Shown one piece after another: positions 34,144-44,553 of a stretch of 64,000 bases of DNA. The stretch spans positions 1 to 64,000 of IMG/VR virus record IMGVR_UViG_3300020037_001525. The stretch is one strand, 5' to 3'. The notes under the pieces are model-generated. The model had not been told where the DNA came from. It ran no database searches and saw nothing but the letters and a program-made list of their open reading frames with translations. Position 1 is the stretch's first letter; each line of letters starts with the position of its first letter. The position numbers and the translations under genes are program-made. The DNA is from a virus. Its lineage: Duplodnaviria; Caudoviricetes.

Positions 34144-35676
34144 CTATAAATCAAACCAGTTTTCGATTATATCTCTGAACATAGGATAGAACTCCTTATC
34201 AGATGAATTCAATACGTGTATCTTATCCATACCCACAGATTCTATATAAACTTCTGCTCTATTAAGAGAATGTTCAGAGAAATACTTATAATTGTCTATG
34301 AAATCTATCATCAAAGCCTTTGTTTTTGTTTCCGTTACACCTAATACTCTACCTTTCTTCTGTATCACAGCAGTTTGTTCAAGACCACCACCTGCGTTCA
34401 CCATTATCTGAACCTCTGGCAATGTTATACCCTTCTTGAATACATCTGAAGCCAACAAGACACCACCTTTCTTCTTCAAGAAATTTGTACGAATGAATGT
34501 CCTGTCTTCTAATGCAGTGTCTCCTGATACGAAAGCATCACCTGTTATTGACTTAATGTAATAACCATGCTCTTTCCTTGAAAACAATATGAGAGTTTTC
34601 AACGAATATTTTCTTAGTATCTCAGCGAAATTTATTATTATTGTGTTCCTATAGAAATTATGTGTTATAATTTGCTTCAAATACTCATTGTAGTCGTCTA
34701 AACCTTCTTCCAAATTTATGTTCTTGTTATCTTCGTGGTCAATGTTTATCAAAAGAACAATATCCTCTGACAAATACCCTTGCTTCTTAAGGTCTGATTC
34801 TTTAATTTCATACACAATATCACCACAAACTGTACGGAGATTCAAATTATCCAACTCATTCTCTGATTTGAATGGTGTTGCTGATATGAACAATTTGAAT
34901 TCAGCAATTTTCAGAAACCTACCTATGAAGGATAATCTTGATTTTGATGAGTATTCATGACACTCATCCACTATCAACAGATGGATTGTTTTAACATAAT
35001 CTAACAACGTCTTCTTGCGCAAATTCTTGGCTTTAATAGTTTCCTTGGTCATTACCTTGTTTCCACGCTTTGCCCCAGAGGTTATTGACTGTAATGTCTG
35101 AATTGTTGATACTGTTATTTGTTGTATATTAAATACATCACCTCTTATCTCTCCTATGTTTGCTTCTGTAATGCCATTGATATGTGATGCGATATCCTTC
35201 TTAGCTTGTAACAACAAATCCAATGTATCAACAATGAACAACATGTTTCTACTGTTATCATGTTTTATGTGTCTGATTACTTCAGCAGCAATAAAGGTCT
35301 TCCCACCTCTGGTTGGTACTTTAATGATACCATGCTTTTCTTTGAAGAACTTCTGTATAGCTCTGTGTTGGTATTTCCTGCTTGAAATTTCTTTCGAAAA
35401 CTCCAATTTTGTTACAAACTCATCTTCTCTGTATAACTCCCACTGCATGTTGTTGCTTGATAATGCTTCTATGACAATACTTTTGAATCCTGAAGGAAAG
35501 TTTTGTTTTGTTTTATCATAGAATCTTACAATTCCATCCCATTTTTCTGCTTTGTAGGCTGGACTATATTCTTTGTCTGGATGCTCATATCTTAATGCCG
35601 CAAATATCACTTTCTTCTCTGAATATGATGCTTCAAAGTGTATGTATCCTTCATTATGTTGATATAATTCTACCAT
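34144..35676 (-). CDS. uvsW: UvsW-like superfamily 2 helicase
   Basis: PTRGGKT; VDECH; SATP; QKKGRVL. Confidence 0.88.
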   Translation of the reverse strand: MVELYQHNEGYIHFEASYSEKKVIFAALRYEHPDKEYSPAYKAEKWDGIVRFYDKTKQNFPSGFKSIVIEALSSNNMQWELYREDEFVTKLEFSKEISSRKYQHRAIQKFFKEKHGIIKVPTRGGKTFIAAEVIRHIKHDNSRNMLFIVDTLDLLLQAKKDIASHINGITEANIGEIRGDVFNIQQITVSTIQTLQSITSGAKRGNKVMTKETIKAKNLRKKTLLDYVKTIHLLIVDECHEYSSKSRLSFIGRFLKIAEFKLFISATPFKSENELDNLNLRTVCGDIVYEIKESDLKKQGYLSEDIVLLINIDHEDNKNINLEEGLDDYNEYLKQIITHNFYRNTIIINFAEILRKYSLKTLILFSRKEHGYYIKSITGDAFVSGDTALEDRTFIRTNFLKKKGGVLLASDVFKKGITLPEVQIMVNAGGGLEQTAVIQKKGRVLGVTETKTKALMIDFIDNYKYFSEHSLNRAEVYIESVGMDKIHVLNSSDKEFYPMFRDIIENWFDL

Positions 35677-35760
35677 TTTTTCAATTTTACTATTAACTCT
35701 GCGATGGGGATGATAGAAATTTCATTCTTTATGTATCCCTGTATACACCCTGTTATTATT

Positions 35761-35788
35761 GTCTTCGATAGATTTATCTATCGAAGAC
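35761..35788. repeat. perfect 13-bp inverted repeat at the structural/replication junction
   Basis: GTCTTCGATAGAT-TT-ATCTATCGAAGAC. Confidence 0.9.
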
Positions 35789-35866
35789 CAGTTGCAGGGA
35801 TGGATAAGAGAGAAGAAGGAAGAAGAGTTCAGAGAAGAAGGAAGGAGAGAGAACAGGAAGGGACAT

Positions 35867-37057
35867 TTATGCGACGCCACGTGTGCGCAAAATGCCTTTA
35901 TTGTGAATAGAACCAGAATCATATTCATTAACCACGTTGTCAACCAATATCTCATATTGTGCAGCAGAGAAATCAGTTGTTGTGCTTGCTGAATTGTTGT
36001 ACGATGTCTGATTTGTGTAAACTGAATTCTGTATTGTATTGTTAAACAATTTCATGAAACTTTCTTCAAACAAAGCACCATTTACACTGCATTCATCGGT
36101 CAGCAATATCGGATAATCAGGGTACAAACCGCATGTCAAAGTAACAGTTATGTTTGTTTTTCGCATCAACATCATCTTAGTTATCACACCTCCGTTAACT
36201 ATATACCAGAATTCACATTCAGAATTGCTATTCAATTCAATCACCTTGCCAATATAAGTGTTGTTTGCTAATAAGCTTACATCATGCAATACAAGTCCAG
36301 CCACTGTTATAAAGTCTGTTGTTGCGTCTCCCCAATTAATTGAGTATATTGGAGTTTGTGGTACAACATTTTCTAAATCAATAAATTGAGCAGCAACTAA
36401 TGTTAATGATAGAATTGGTGTCGTCACCCCTGTTAAGGTTATCTCATTTATCAGAGACATATATGACACTTCTCTACCATTTTGAAATCCTGGTTCACAG
36501 AAAACACCACTATCATATCTCATGATTAATTTGAATCCATCTTTTGTTTGTTCTGGTGCAACTGCTGGGTCTAATTCACACAAATCTTCTGGAGAGCCTA
36601 TTTCTTTGTTCAAATCTCTCTTCAGCCAAACTGCTATCAATTTATCTGAAGTCCTTGAACCGATATCAAACATATTAGCAGTATCATCATCATCAGCAGC
36701 ATATGTTTCAGCTTGAAATGTCACTTGATATGGCTCTGTGTACATATCAGGTATTTTTTCAACATAAAATGCTTCAGATACTTCTGAAAATCCTAAGAAT
36801 ATGCTGTAATTCGTATTCGCATTTAATTTCTCAACACCTATAAGAACATCTTCGATACTACCTGCAGGATATTTCAATATCAAACAAATATACTCACTTT
36901 TCTTTTCACTCAATGCTCTATATGTCTCTTGTTGAAATAATGTATGTAATTTGTTGTTCAAGACTTTACTGTTGCTCATAAACCCACCTAAACTCTTGTT
37001 TGCTTGAGTTTGTGGAGTATTGTAACTATCAGCACCTGTATAAAATATTTCTATCAT
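35867..37057 (-). CDS. baseplate/tail-associated structural protein (396 aa)
   Basis: Last gene of the baseplate string; N-terminal YTGA...Q....SLGGF.S..V.N motif. Confidence 0.55.
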   Translation of the reverse strand: MIEIFYTGADSYNTPQTQANKSLGGFMSNSKVLNNKLHTLFQQETYRALSEKKSEYICLILKYPAGSIEDVLIGVEKLNANTNYSIFLGFSEVSEAFYVEKIPDMYTEPYQVTFQAETYAADDDDTANMFDIGSRTSDKLIAVWLKRDLNKEIGSPEDLCELDPAVAPEQTKDGFKLIMRYDSGVFCEPGFQNGREVSYMSLINEITLTGVTTPILSLTLVAAQFIDLENVVPQTPIYSINWGDATTDFITVAGLVLHDVSLLANNTYIGKVIELNSNSECEFWYIVNGGVITKMMLMRKTNITVTLTCGLYPDYPILLTDECSVNGALFEESFMKLFNNTIQNSVYTNQTSYNNSASTTTDFSAAQYEILVDNVVNEYDSGSIHNKGILRTRGVA

Positions 37058-37070
37058 TTGTTTTGTTTTA

Positions 37071-39113
37071 CTATGCTATTCTCATAACATATAGAAGTGA
37101 ATAATATGGTATAAGATTGTTATGTTGAAGACCACCACCCTCAGAAGAAATAACATGAGTATGGTCTGGTTCTGCTGCTATTGATATTCCTGTAACGCTT
37201 GATTCAGTGCCAACGCTTGGTTCAGTGTTACCCTGTCCTGTCCTTGCTCGTTGTAGTCCACCGAAACCATTTTGTCCTAATATCTCATGTGTATGTCCTG
37301 GGTCTGTTATGCTATGAGTGTGACCACCACCTGCGCTTGTTGTTCCACCATGACTGTGGGCAGGGATTTGTGATGTTGTTAGAACTTCAGAAGATGACCC
37401 TCCAACGTCAGAAACAGAATAGTTTGGATTAGTACCACCAGGAAGTACATTAGACGCAAGTGCAGGTGCGCCAGTATTCGGCACATTATTAATAGCACCT
37501 ACAATGAATTGACCCCTTAAATCTGGTGTGCCGTTCAAACCATTGCAAACTGCCCATCCTAAGAATTCAGAAGATGTTCCTAATCCTGTCAAATCAAAAT
37601 TAGCATTAATTTCTGGTGTGTTAGCTGGATACCACGGAAGTGGGATTTTCTTTGGGACATTTACATTCACAGTACTATAAGCATTTTGTAAAATTGCATT
37701 AGCATCTGTTGTGACCTCCAATGGGTCAGTCAATGTGCCTAAGCTATCAAACGCAAGTTCATTATAATATGTGCTCGCATTGAAATTTAACACCTCTGTT
37801 CTCATGAAGTGATTCTTGTAACAAAATTTCAATTTAATTTCCTGATTAGCCACAAGCAAGTCTGTAACTCCAATTTGAATGCTTGGATTCTCCATAGCTA
37901 TACCAAACATATCCATTTTCTTATATATCTCTGCACCTACTGTATTCAAGAACACATGATATACTTCAATGTCTTCAGCATTCGGTGTAACACAAACTCC
38001 TGCCCCACTCCCAATTCTTACAGAATCAAGAGTCACTTTGATTGTTGTACCTATAATCACTGAAGTTAATATTGTACTGTAATTGCCATCAGCATAATAG
38101 TATCTCCATCCATCAAAATCACCATTCTGAAACGATGTTGTATTCAACCAAACACCACCGAGACCACCAGTTATGTCAACTTGACTTATACTATTGTTTT
38201 GAGATTCTGATGTGATACGAAATTTCCAGTCAAGTCCGAGAAGATAGAATCCCGCAGAATTCGCATTTGGAAGGATTTTCTTGATATATTCTAAGCCAAC
38301 AATTGGATTCGAAGGTTGAACTCGTGAGATGGAATCCACGTGTTCCCTGTCAGATGTATTGAAAATATAATCCCATCTGTAATCTTCTATCACTGTTCCT
38401 GCACCTGTATAGCTTACTTTTCCTATGATGAATTCCTTACCATCAATTAATGTAGGCACTGGTCCGACGTTGAGTACTAAGTCAACTTGGCATGAATCAT
38501 ATTGAAATATCTCTTTGTGCAATGTTGGTGGTTGATATCCATATGTGAATGTACCGACAACTGCATATTGTAAATCTGATTCTGATAAGTCAAATACACC
38601 TTGAAGTATCACAGTTGTATCACTAACTACCTCTAACACTTCATATTCAAGTGTATAATTGACACTATTCAGGAATTTTATCTTGGCTGGAAAGTTTGGT
38701 TGTCCTCTCAGAACTTCTGTAAATTTGGTTCCAACTCCTGTAAAAGTTCCCATGTTCACACCACCAATAGAGCCTGTCCCAACTTCTCTGGATTCATATA
38801 TGTGTGATATCTTCACCCAATATTCTGTGGCTATCAGTGGGATTGTTATGTCTTCGTCTTGATATTTATAATCAATGACAAGCCTGTCCTTATCATAAGC
38901 AAAGCCATTCTTGATTTTAAATTTATCAAAGGAGCCAGTACTTACTATCTTGAAATAGTCAAACAAAGAATCTAATTTCTTGTTTCTTATGATACCCCAT
39001 GTATTTGCATCTGTTTGCTTGTCGAACAAAAATCCTTTTTCTTCTATGCCTTTGATGACTCTTAACAATTCTGCTTTCTCAAGAAACAGTTCTTCATTTA
39101 TCTTTGTATACAT
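37071..39113 (-). CDS. baseplate wedge/tail-fibre protein with tail-collar domain
   Basis: GWAVCNGLNGTPDLRGQFIVGA collar motif; C-terminal GGGLQHNNLIPYYSLLYVMRI. Confidence 0.8.
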   Translation of the reverse strand: MYTKINEELFLEKAELLRVIKGIEEKGFLFDKQTDANTWGIIRNKKLDSLFDYFKIVSTGSFDKFKIKNGFAYDKDRLVIDYKYQDEDITIPLIATEYWVKISHIYESREVGTGSIGGVNMGTFTGVGTKFTEVLRGQPNFPAKIKFLNSVNYTLEYEVLEVVSDTTVILQGVFDLSESDLQYAVVGTFTYGYQPPTLHKEIFQYDSCQVDLVLNVGPVPTLIDGKEFIIGKVSYTGAGTVIEDYRWDYIFNTSDREHVDSISRVQPSNPIVGLEYIKKILPNANSAGFYLLGLDWKFRITSESQNNSISQVDITGGLGGVWLNTTSFQNGDFDGWRYYYADGNYSTILTSVIIGTTIKVTLDSVRIGSGAGVCVTPNAEDIEVYHVFLNTVGAEIYKKMDMFGIAMENPSIQIGVTDLLVANQEIKLKFCYKNHFMRTEVLNFNASTYYNELAFDSLGTLTDPLEVTTDANAILQNAYSTVNVNVPKKIPLPWYPANTPEINANFDLTGLGTSSEFLGWAVCNGLNGTPDLRGQFIVGAINNVPNTGAPALASNVLPGGTNPNYSVSDVGGSSSEVLTTSQIPAHSHGGTTSAGGGHTHSITDPGHTHEILGQNGFGGLQRARTGQGNTEPSVGTESSVTGISIAAEPDHTHVISSEGGGLQHNNLIPYYSLLYVMRIA

Positions 39114-39114
39114 A

Positions 39115-39837
39115 TTATAATTTTATTGTTATGTTTGACGTGTTGTATGGTAATAATAGCTGATTTGCAATCTTATCAGCAGAATCATCTGTTAATTTTG
39201 TGTTGTTATTCTTTCTCCAAATTTCAAGCATGTTAGTTCCTTGTACAAATCCAGTGCTAAACTGTGTTCTGAGTGGTTTCACTTTGAAATTCCAAACCCT
39301 TAGTTCATCATTAGTGCACAATAAATTCACAATTATCTTCGATGTTAGTTCTTCCATTATTAAATTTGTCCCCACTGCTAAACTTGTTATTGGTTGAACA
39401 GCTGGTTCCAATGGTTGTTGATAACCAAAGATTATATACCTTGCAAAGTGCCATACATCTGGAGTTGATGAAACTTTTTGTGAATCTGGTATGAATATTT
39501 TTTCAGGAGCACCTGCAGTTATGTCAACTGTTTGTAATTCTGTGTTGTCACACTTGAATGAATTCATACTTAATTCAAAGGATGGGTCAACTGTTGGTTG
39601 TTTAAACCAAAAACTAACTTCATAATCTAAATTGTGGTCTACCTTCATAAACCATTTACTTGAAACTTCCACGCTTGTGTATCCAAATCCAGAACCAGCA
39701 TCAATTAGCATAATTCTGCCGTTTGTTCCGTCTGGTCTTGTATCTGTTATTATACTGACGCCACCTATATGAAAGTGTGGTGACGGATTCACATATTTCT
39801 CTAATAAGTATGGTAGTGTTGTGTTATTATTGTTCAT
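39115..39837 (-). CDS. baseplate protein (240 aa)
   Basis: Position in the baseplate string; beta-rich. Confidence 0.55.
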   Translation of the reverse strand: MNNNNTTLPYLLEKYVNPSPHFHIGGVSIITDTRPDGTNGRIMLIDAGSGFGYTSVEVSSKWFMKVDHNLDYEVSFWFKQPTVDPSFELSMNSFKCDNTELQTVDITAGAPEKIFIPDSQKVSSTPDVWHFARYIIFGYQQPLEPAVQPITSLAVGTNLIMEELTSKIIVNLLCTNDELRVWNFKVKPLRTQFSTGFVQGTNMLEIWRKNNNTKLTDDSADKIANQLLLPYNTSNITIKL

Positions 39838-39846
39838 CTTTCATTA

Positions 39847-41322
39847 TTAAATTATTGGGTAATATCTCAAATCCCAGACATCCTCAGAAAATGTTTCATA
39901 CCCTTTTATTATAGTGTTGTTATTGTGATTTCTCAAAGACTTACATAATGGAGAAGCATTCCCTATATTCCAACCAGCATTTTCTTTGTTCACTATATTG
40001 AACATAAATTCATCACAATCGGAATCATAGCAGATAAGCCTTAAATACTCACCATCTTGTTGCTTTTTCACTGAGGTGTGATGAGTAGGTTCACAGACTA
40101 CTGTCAACCCCAAATCCACTCTCTCTAAATCATCAATACCGTCTTCAACAATAACTGGAACCAACAAAATTTCTACTTTGTAATAATTCTCATCTGGAGC
40201 AAAGAGGTGTATCCCATTATTGGTTGTACATGAAAGTGCCATCGCTGTTGGAACATATTCTGCTGCTGTAGCCTCATATCCATCATTACATGGTTTTATT
40301 AATCTTGCTAATAAGGATGAATATGACCAATCGAATGGTATTTCATCCATTAAGAAATTCACTGAACCGCCCATATAGTCGAAAGTGATTTGTATATCGG
40401 CTTGTATTCCTGGTGCTGAACCTACCTGAACCTCTTCAAAGCATAGCATGCTCCAACCATAAGGTAAATCAGAAGCACTTGTATATTTAACATCATTTAT
40501 CCAAATTGGGTTTATTGATGATATTGTGAATGGGTCTGGAAGTATGTATCTGTTTCTGTATCCAAACGGATACTCAAAATCCTTTGGTCTGAATATCTCT
40601 ATTGTTCCTCTTTGTCTGATTTCGTCATAATAATGACTGGCAATTCGTTGAAGCAATTCAAGGTCTGAACAATCACAAAATTGTATGGTTTTCTGCCTTA
40701 GATATTCACAAAGCAATTCCTTGTTCCAGTATATCATTGTGAACTTCAATGAGAATTTATACAGTATTGCAAACATCTTAGCCACTGAAGACCAAAAATC
40801 TATGTAATCTTTATCTTCAAATAAATCAAATTCTTTTTCATTTCTTACAAGATATGTAGGTATTATACCAACCTCATAAACTTTCTGCACTAAGTTAACC
40901 ATCAAATTAAACACATCATCATCATTCTCTATGTATTCTCTATATGTGTAATTAGTGATTCCTGTTGGGTACACTGGAGCTGCAGAATATGTTCCAGTAA
41001 CATCTGTTGAGACTATCTCAATCTGACCTGTTGGGTCTGTTCCTGTTCTTTTGTATGCTAATTCAATCAAACATATTGTCTTGTCAGTAAGATTAGGATT
41101 GATTTCAGCTATCAAATTTACTTGAGTTAGTGTATACCAATCTGTATAAACGACACCATCTAATGTATATCTAAATTTCTTTTCTACAGTCCTTGTACCA
41201 GTTATGCCTGTTATATTCTCTGTCAGAGTTGTCACTGCTGATAGAAACCATAGTGGTGTCGTTCTGAATACAACCTCTTCTCCTATACTTTCTAATATGT
41301 TATCATCGCTTGTGAATGCCAT
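39847..41322 (-). CDS. baseplate wedge protein (491 aa)
   Basis: Directly follows the baseplate J-like gene; contains FRYTLDG..Y.DW. Confidence 0.55.
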   Translation of the reverse strand: MAFTSDDNILESIGEEVVFRTTPLWFLSAVTTLTENITGITGTRTVEKKFRYTLDGVVYTDWYTLTQVNLIAEINPNLTDKTICLIELAYKRTGTDPTGQIEIVSTDVTGTYSAAPVYPTGITNYTYREYIENDDDVFNLMVNLVQKVYEVGIIPTYLVRNEKEFDLFEDKDYIDFWSSVAKMFAILYKFSLKFTMIYWNKELLCEYLRQKTIQFCDCSDLELLQRIASHYYDEIRQRGTIEIFRPKDFEYPFGYRNRYILPDPFTISSINPIWINDVKYTSASDLPYGWSMLCFEEVQVGSAPGIQADIQITFDYMGGSVNFLMDEIPFDWSYSSLLARLIKPCNDGYEATAAEYVPTAMALSCTTNNGIHLFAPDENYYKVEILLVPVIVEDGIDDLERVDLGLTVVCEPTHHTSVKKQQDGEYLRLICYDSDCDEFMFNIVNKENAGWNIGNASPLCKSLRNHNNNTIIKGYETFSEDVWDLRYYPII

Positions 41323-41325
41323 TTC

Positions 41326-42525
41326 TTATATGTTTTGTAGTACAGTTGCTTGAAATCCAAAGTCTTTTTCCTGTGGATAATATATTGGGTTCAAGTTTCC
41401 TTGTAAATCTTCCAATATATTGCCATCTAAATCAAGCATTTGAAATCCTCTAACTCTTGGTAATTTTAATACTTCTGTTTGTAAATCTACTGATGGAAAG
41501 AAATATGAATCACTTACATACCTAACACCATCTGTGTGTTTGACTATATCCAATAGATTATCCCACTCAACCTTGTTTCCTGCTCTCCAATATCTATAGT
41601 CAAGATACTTGTTTATCCTTATCTGTATCTCTTTCCTAACATCATCGGTTACAAATGCAGGGTCAATATCAACCCTCATGGAAATATCGATAGGCTGCCA
41701 TTGTACATTCTGTAGCACAACCCCATATCCATTGAAATTAGAAGGTCTGAATTCTGTCAACGAGAAGAATTTCTCTGCTCTCAACACAATATCATTTAAT
41801 TCTGATGTGTTTAAGTCTATGCCATTTTCAGTAAGTATGCTTAGAACAACTCTGCCCTGAGCATCTATGCCACCATAATACACTTTCAGAACATTTTCAT
41901 TAATCTTCATGAAAACTTGTTCTACCTGTGATATGGTTGAACGACTCAACAAATCTACACCTTCTTTTACACGTTTTCTGAATACATCATCGCTCTCTCT
42001 ATCATTGCCAAATTGAGCAGCATATTCATTTATAACATATTTGTGCCCTGATGGTGGAGTTGACATCTTATTGATTGACAAAGCATCTACATTCGTATTA
42101 GAACCAGTTGTTCTGCTTCTAATCTTTATGTATCCATATCCAAATGCTGAAATAGTGTAATTAGCATCAATATCGAACTCAACTCCAGAATTACTTTTCA
42201 ATACATGTGTTCCCACAATATATGTTGTTCCTGGGTCACCAACAACTCTGATGTACGTTGATGATTGTCTTGCACCAAATCTTTGATACACACCATATAG
42301 CATAGCAATGTTGTCAAGAGCCTTCCCAACAGCAGTATCTGGAAATATATTGCCTTCTAAGATAGCTATATCCTTGTTGATTTTCTGCGCTATTTTCGCA
42401 ATGCCATAGGCTATTGCATTAAGAACCCCTCCATCTGTAATTTTAGTTACATTGTTGGTCTTGTTGATGAGTATTTCTTGGAATATCTCTTTGTACTCTT
42501 CTGTTGTCGTTAATTTCGTGAACAT
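41326..42525 (-). CDS. baseplate J-like wedge protein
   Basis: FPDTAVGKALDNIA...R..A..S...RV.G..GT; GNDRESDDVFRKR; VDGV..V. Confidence 0.85.
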   Translation of the reverse strand: MFTKLTTTEEYKEIFQEILINKTNNVTKITDGGVLNAIAYGIAKIAQKINKDIAILEGNIFPDTAVGKALDNIAMLYGVYQRFGARQSSTYIRVVGDPGTTYIVGTHVLKSNSGVEFDIDANYTISAFGYGYIKIRSRTTGSNTNVDALSINKMSTPPSGHKYVINEYAAQFGNDRESDDVFRKRVKEGVDLLSRSTISQVEQVFMKINENVLKVYYGGIDAQGRVVLSILTENGIDLNTSELNDIVLRAEKFFSLTEFRPSNFNGYGVVLQNVQWQPIDISMRVDIDPAFVTDDVRKEIQIRINKYLDYRYWRAGNKVEWDNLLDIVKHTDGVRYVSDSYFFPSVDLQTEVLKLPRVRGFQMLDLDGNILEDLQGNLNPIYYPQEKDFGFQATVLQNI

Positions 42526-42531
42526 CTTTCT

Positions 42532-43485
42532 TTATACATTAAAATTGTTAAAAACCAAATTGTAGAAACTATTAGCTGAGTATTTGACGAAAACTGAACC
42601 ATTGTTATCATATAATAAGCTAACCACATTAAATTCTCTTATCGTGTCATCAGATGATATTGTATCTTGTAACTGAGACATTATTTTTCCGTATTCAAAT
42701 ACATTTATATTAGAACCAACGCCCAATCTTGGGTCAACACCCATTTCCTTGAATTCTGGTATATCCCCTTTCTTCAATAATACAAGTATTCCAACCGATT
42801 GCACAAACGTGTCTTTCGGTGACAGAACTTTAATCTCATCATCTTCAAATGTGAGTTTAGCATATATATCCTTCCCATAAACATTCTCACCAACTAATGT
42901 ATCTATAACACTATCAAGGAAATACTTCTTTCCATATTTAGTGTTCTTTGTAAGTTGAAGTTTAACCCCACCTTCTGGAGTGTAGTCTTCCTCAGTCAAT
43001 GAATTCTGTATGGCCAAGTCGACCCAATCCGCATCCTCATTTTGAGAATAAAGTTGTTTCCCTACAATGTCCTCTACAGTTTCGTTCTGAGCCATGACAT
43101 AATCATATGTTGGGTTTGTTGTTCTCCAACTATTTGATGTCTTTGAACTCCTTAGATACCTGCTTGAATTGTTGATTGATTCCAGTGATGTTCTTATGTT
43201 TTCAATGTAATCTAACAAATCCCAATCATCAATAGAATTCATATTCTCCTTATGTAATTTTATGAGATTGTCTATTCGAATAGCTTCCTTCAACATCTTC
43301 TCAAGATAATCAAAACTATCAGCATCTGGCTTCACATCTTGGTTCTGAAAATAGTCTGTTATCTTGTGTTTGTTGTTCTGTATGAAGAAACTATACAAGT
43401 CCATATATGTTGATACGTTGTATCCAATCTTCACAGAAAATCTTTCTATAGTTTGTTTTGTTATGTATGTATTAATTGAAATCAT
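42532..43485 (-). CDS. baseplate protein with C-terminal gp25/GpW-like domain
   Basis: LKKGDIPEF..MGVD...; SSDDTI.....V. Confidence 0.6.
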   Translation of the reverse strand: MISINTYITKQTIERFSVKIGYNVSTYMDLYSFFIQNNKHKITDYFQNQDVKPDADSFDYLEKMLKEAIRIDNLIKLHKENMNSIDDWDLLDYIENIRTSLESINNSSRYLRSSKTSNSWRTTNPTYDYVMAQNETVEDIVGKQLYSQNEDADWVDLAIQNSLTEEDYTPEGGVKLQLTKNTKYGKKYFLDSVIDTLVGENVYGKDIYAKLTFEDDEIKVLSPKDTFVQSVGILVLLKKGDIPEFKEMGVDPRLGVGSNINVFEYGKIMSQLQDTISSDDTIREFNVVSLLYDNNGSVFVKYSANSFYNLVFNNFNV

Positions 43486-43488
43486 CGA

Positions 43489-44553
43489 CTATATAAAATT
43501 TAAAAGATTTTCACCTACATTAACAATAAAATCATCTGCGTTGTTTGGATTGCTTGCCAATTGTTGTATTACTGTTATAGCACTTTTCCCTGTATCGTTT
43601 GTAAGTCCTAATGCTCTTGACTTCAATTGTTTCTCCATTATTCTTCTCATCTTCGTTGAATTCCTTCCGTTGATATCCAATAAAGACATTATACCCTCAG
43701 ACTGATTATTGAAGTCATTGTTCATTTTGTTGAAATTCAGTATATTCTTGATACTTGATTTCTTTCTGCTCTGTTTGAATATCGCATAATATGGAGCAAC
43801 TGCATTCAGTGATAATGAATAAGTCCATATAGCATTAGTCTCTCTTGATTGTGAAAACATTATATTCTCCATCTCAACCATATAGATGTGATTGAATGAT
43901 AGATTGTAGAACAAAAGTCTGTAAGGTCTTGAGTTGCTATCTAATTCCTTTGACTTTAATAGCAATTTCTCCATCAATTTCATATTGCCGTACCCAGTCT
44001 TATAGTCTGTTGAAAATGATGCATTCGCTGATATCTTAGCTTCGCTTAGTTGATTAGTGCCTGTCAGAGTGTTGCCTATGGGTTCAAAAGCATCCGATTT
44101 GCTCTCATTGACGACTTTCTTATCAAAAGCCATAATCTTTCTGAACCTTCTACCAAAATTTCCAGATAATTGTATTGGGAATGGATTAAATGTTGGATTG
44201 CTATGCACGACCACACCAGCCATTGTTTTCTGTATTGAGATATGACCTTCTTTATGTATGTTGATATTGCTTGGCATAACAGGGAAACTGAAGAAACTCT
44301 TTGTATCACCATTGCTATCAACAAGCTCAAGAGCACAAGCATAATATTCAATTTCATTAGGGTATTTATTGTGCACCTCTTCCTTACCAACACCCTTAAC
44401 CAATCCAGCTGTTATCCCAGCACCTGTCCCAAAGGTATTATTGAATGTAGTTCCGTTATCGACAGAATCATTGGTGAATACACCAATTCTTCCATGGATT
44501 TCTCCAAGCAAACGCTTTTCAAGGTCGATTATATTTGGGTCAATATTGCTCAT
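43489..44553 (-). CDS. tail tube initiator / baseplate hub-associated protein
   Basis: FSFPVMPSNI.I....ISIQKTMAG.V......F.P..IQLSGNFGR. Confidence 0.55.
   Translation of the reverse strand: MSNIDPNIIDLEKRLLGEIHGRIGVFTNDSVDNGTTFNNTFGTGAGITAGLVKGVGKEEVHNKYPNEIEYYACALELVDSNGDTKSFFSFPVMPSNINIHKEGHISIQKTMAGVVVHSNPTFNPFPIQLSGNFGRRFRKIMAFDKKVVNESKSDAFEPIGNTLTGTNQLSEAKISANASFSTDYKTGYGNMKLMEKLLLKSKELDSNSRPYRLLFYNLSFNHIYMVEMENIMFSQSRETNAIWTYSLSLNAVAPYYAIFKQSRKKSSIKNILNFNKMNNDFNNQSEGIMSLLDINGRNSTKMRRIMEKQLKSRALGLTNDTGKSAITVIQQLASNPNNADDFIVNVGENLLNFI

Noticed and set aside
35704-35992. Short ORFs over the palindrome/purine tract (both strands)
   Set aside because: Their composition is dictated by the low-complexity tract, and the minus-strand one overlaps the upstream gene out of frame, so the region is treated as non-coding.
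39837-39850. Read-through fusion of the 491-aa and 240-aa baseplate genes (same frame)
   Set aside because: Three consecutive stops (TAA TAA TGA) separate them, and the second gene has its own ATG.
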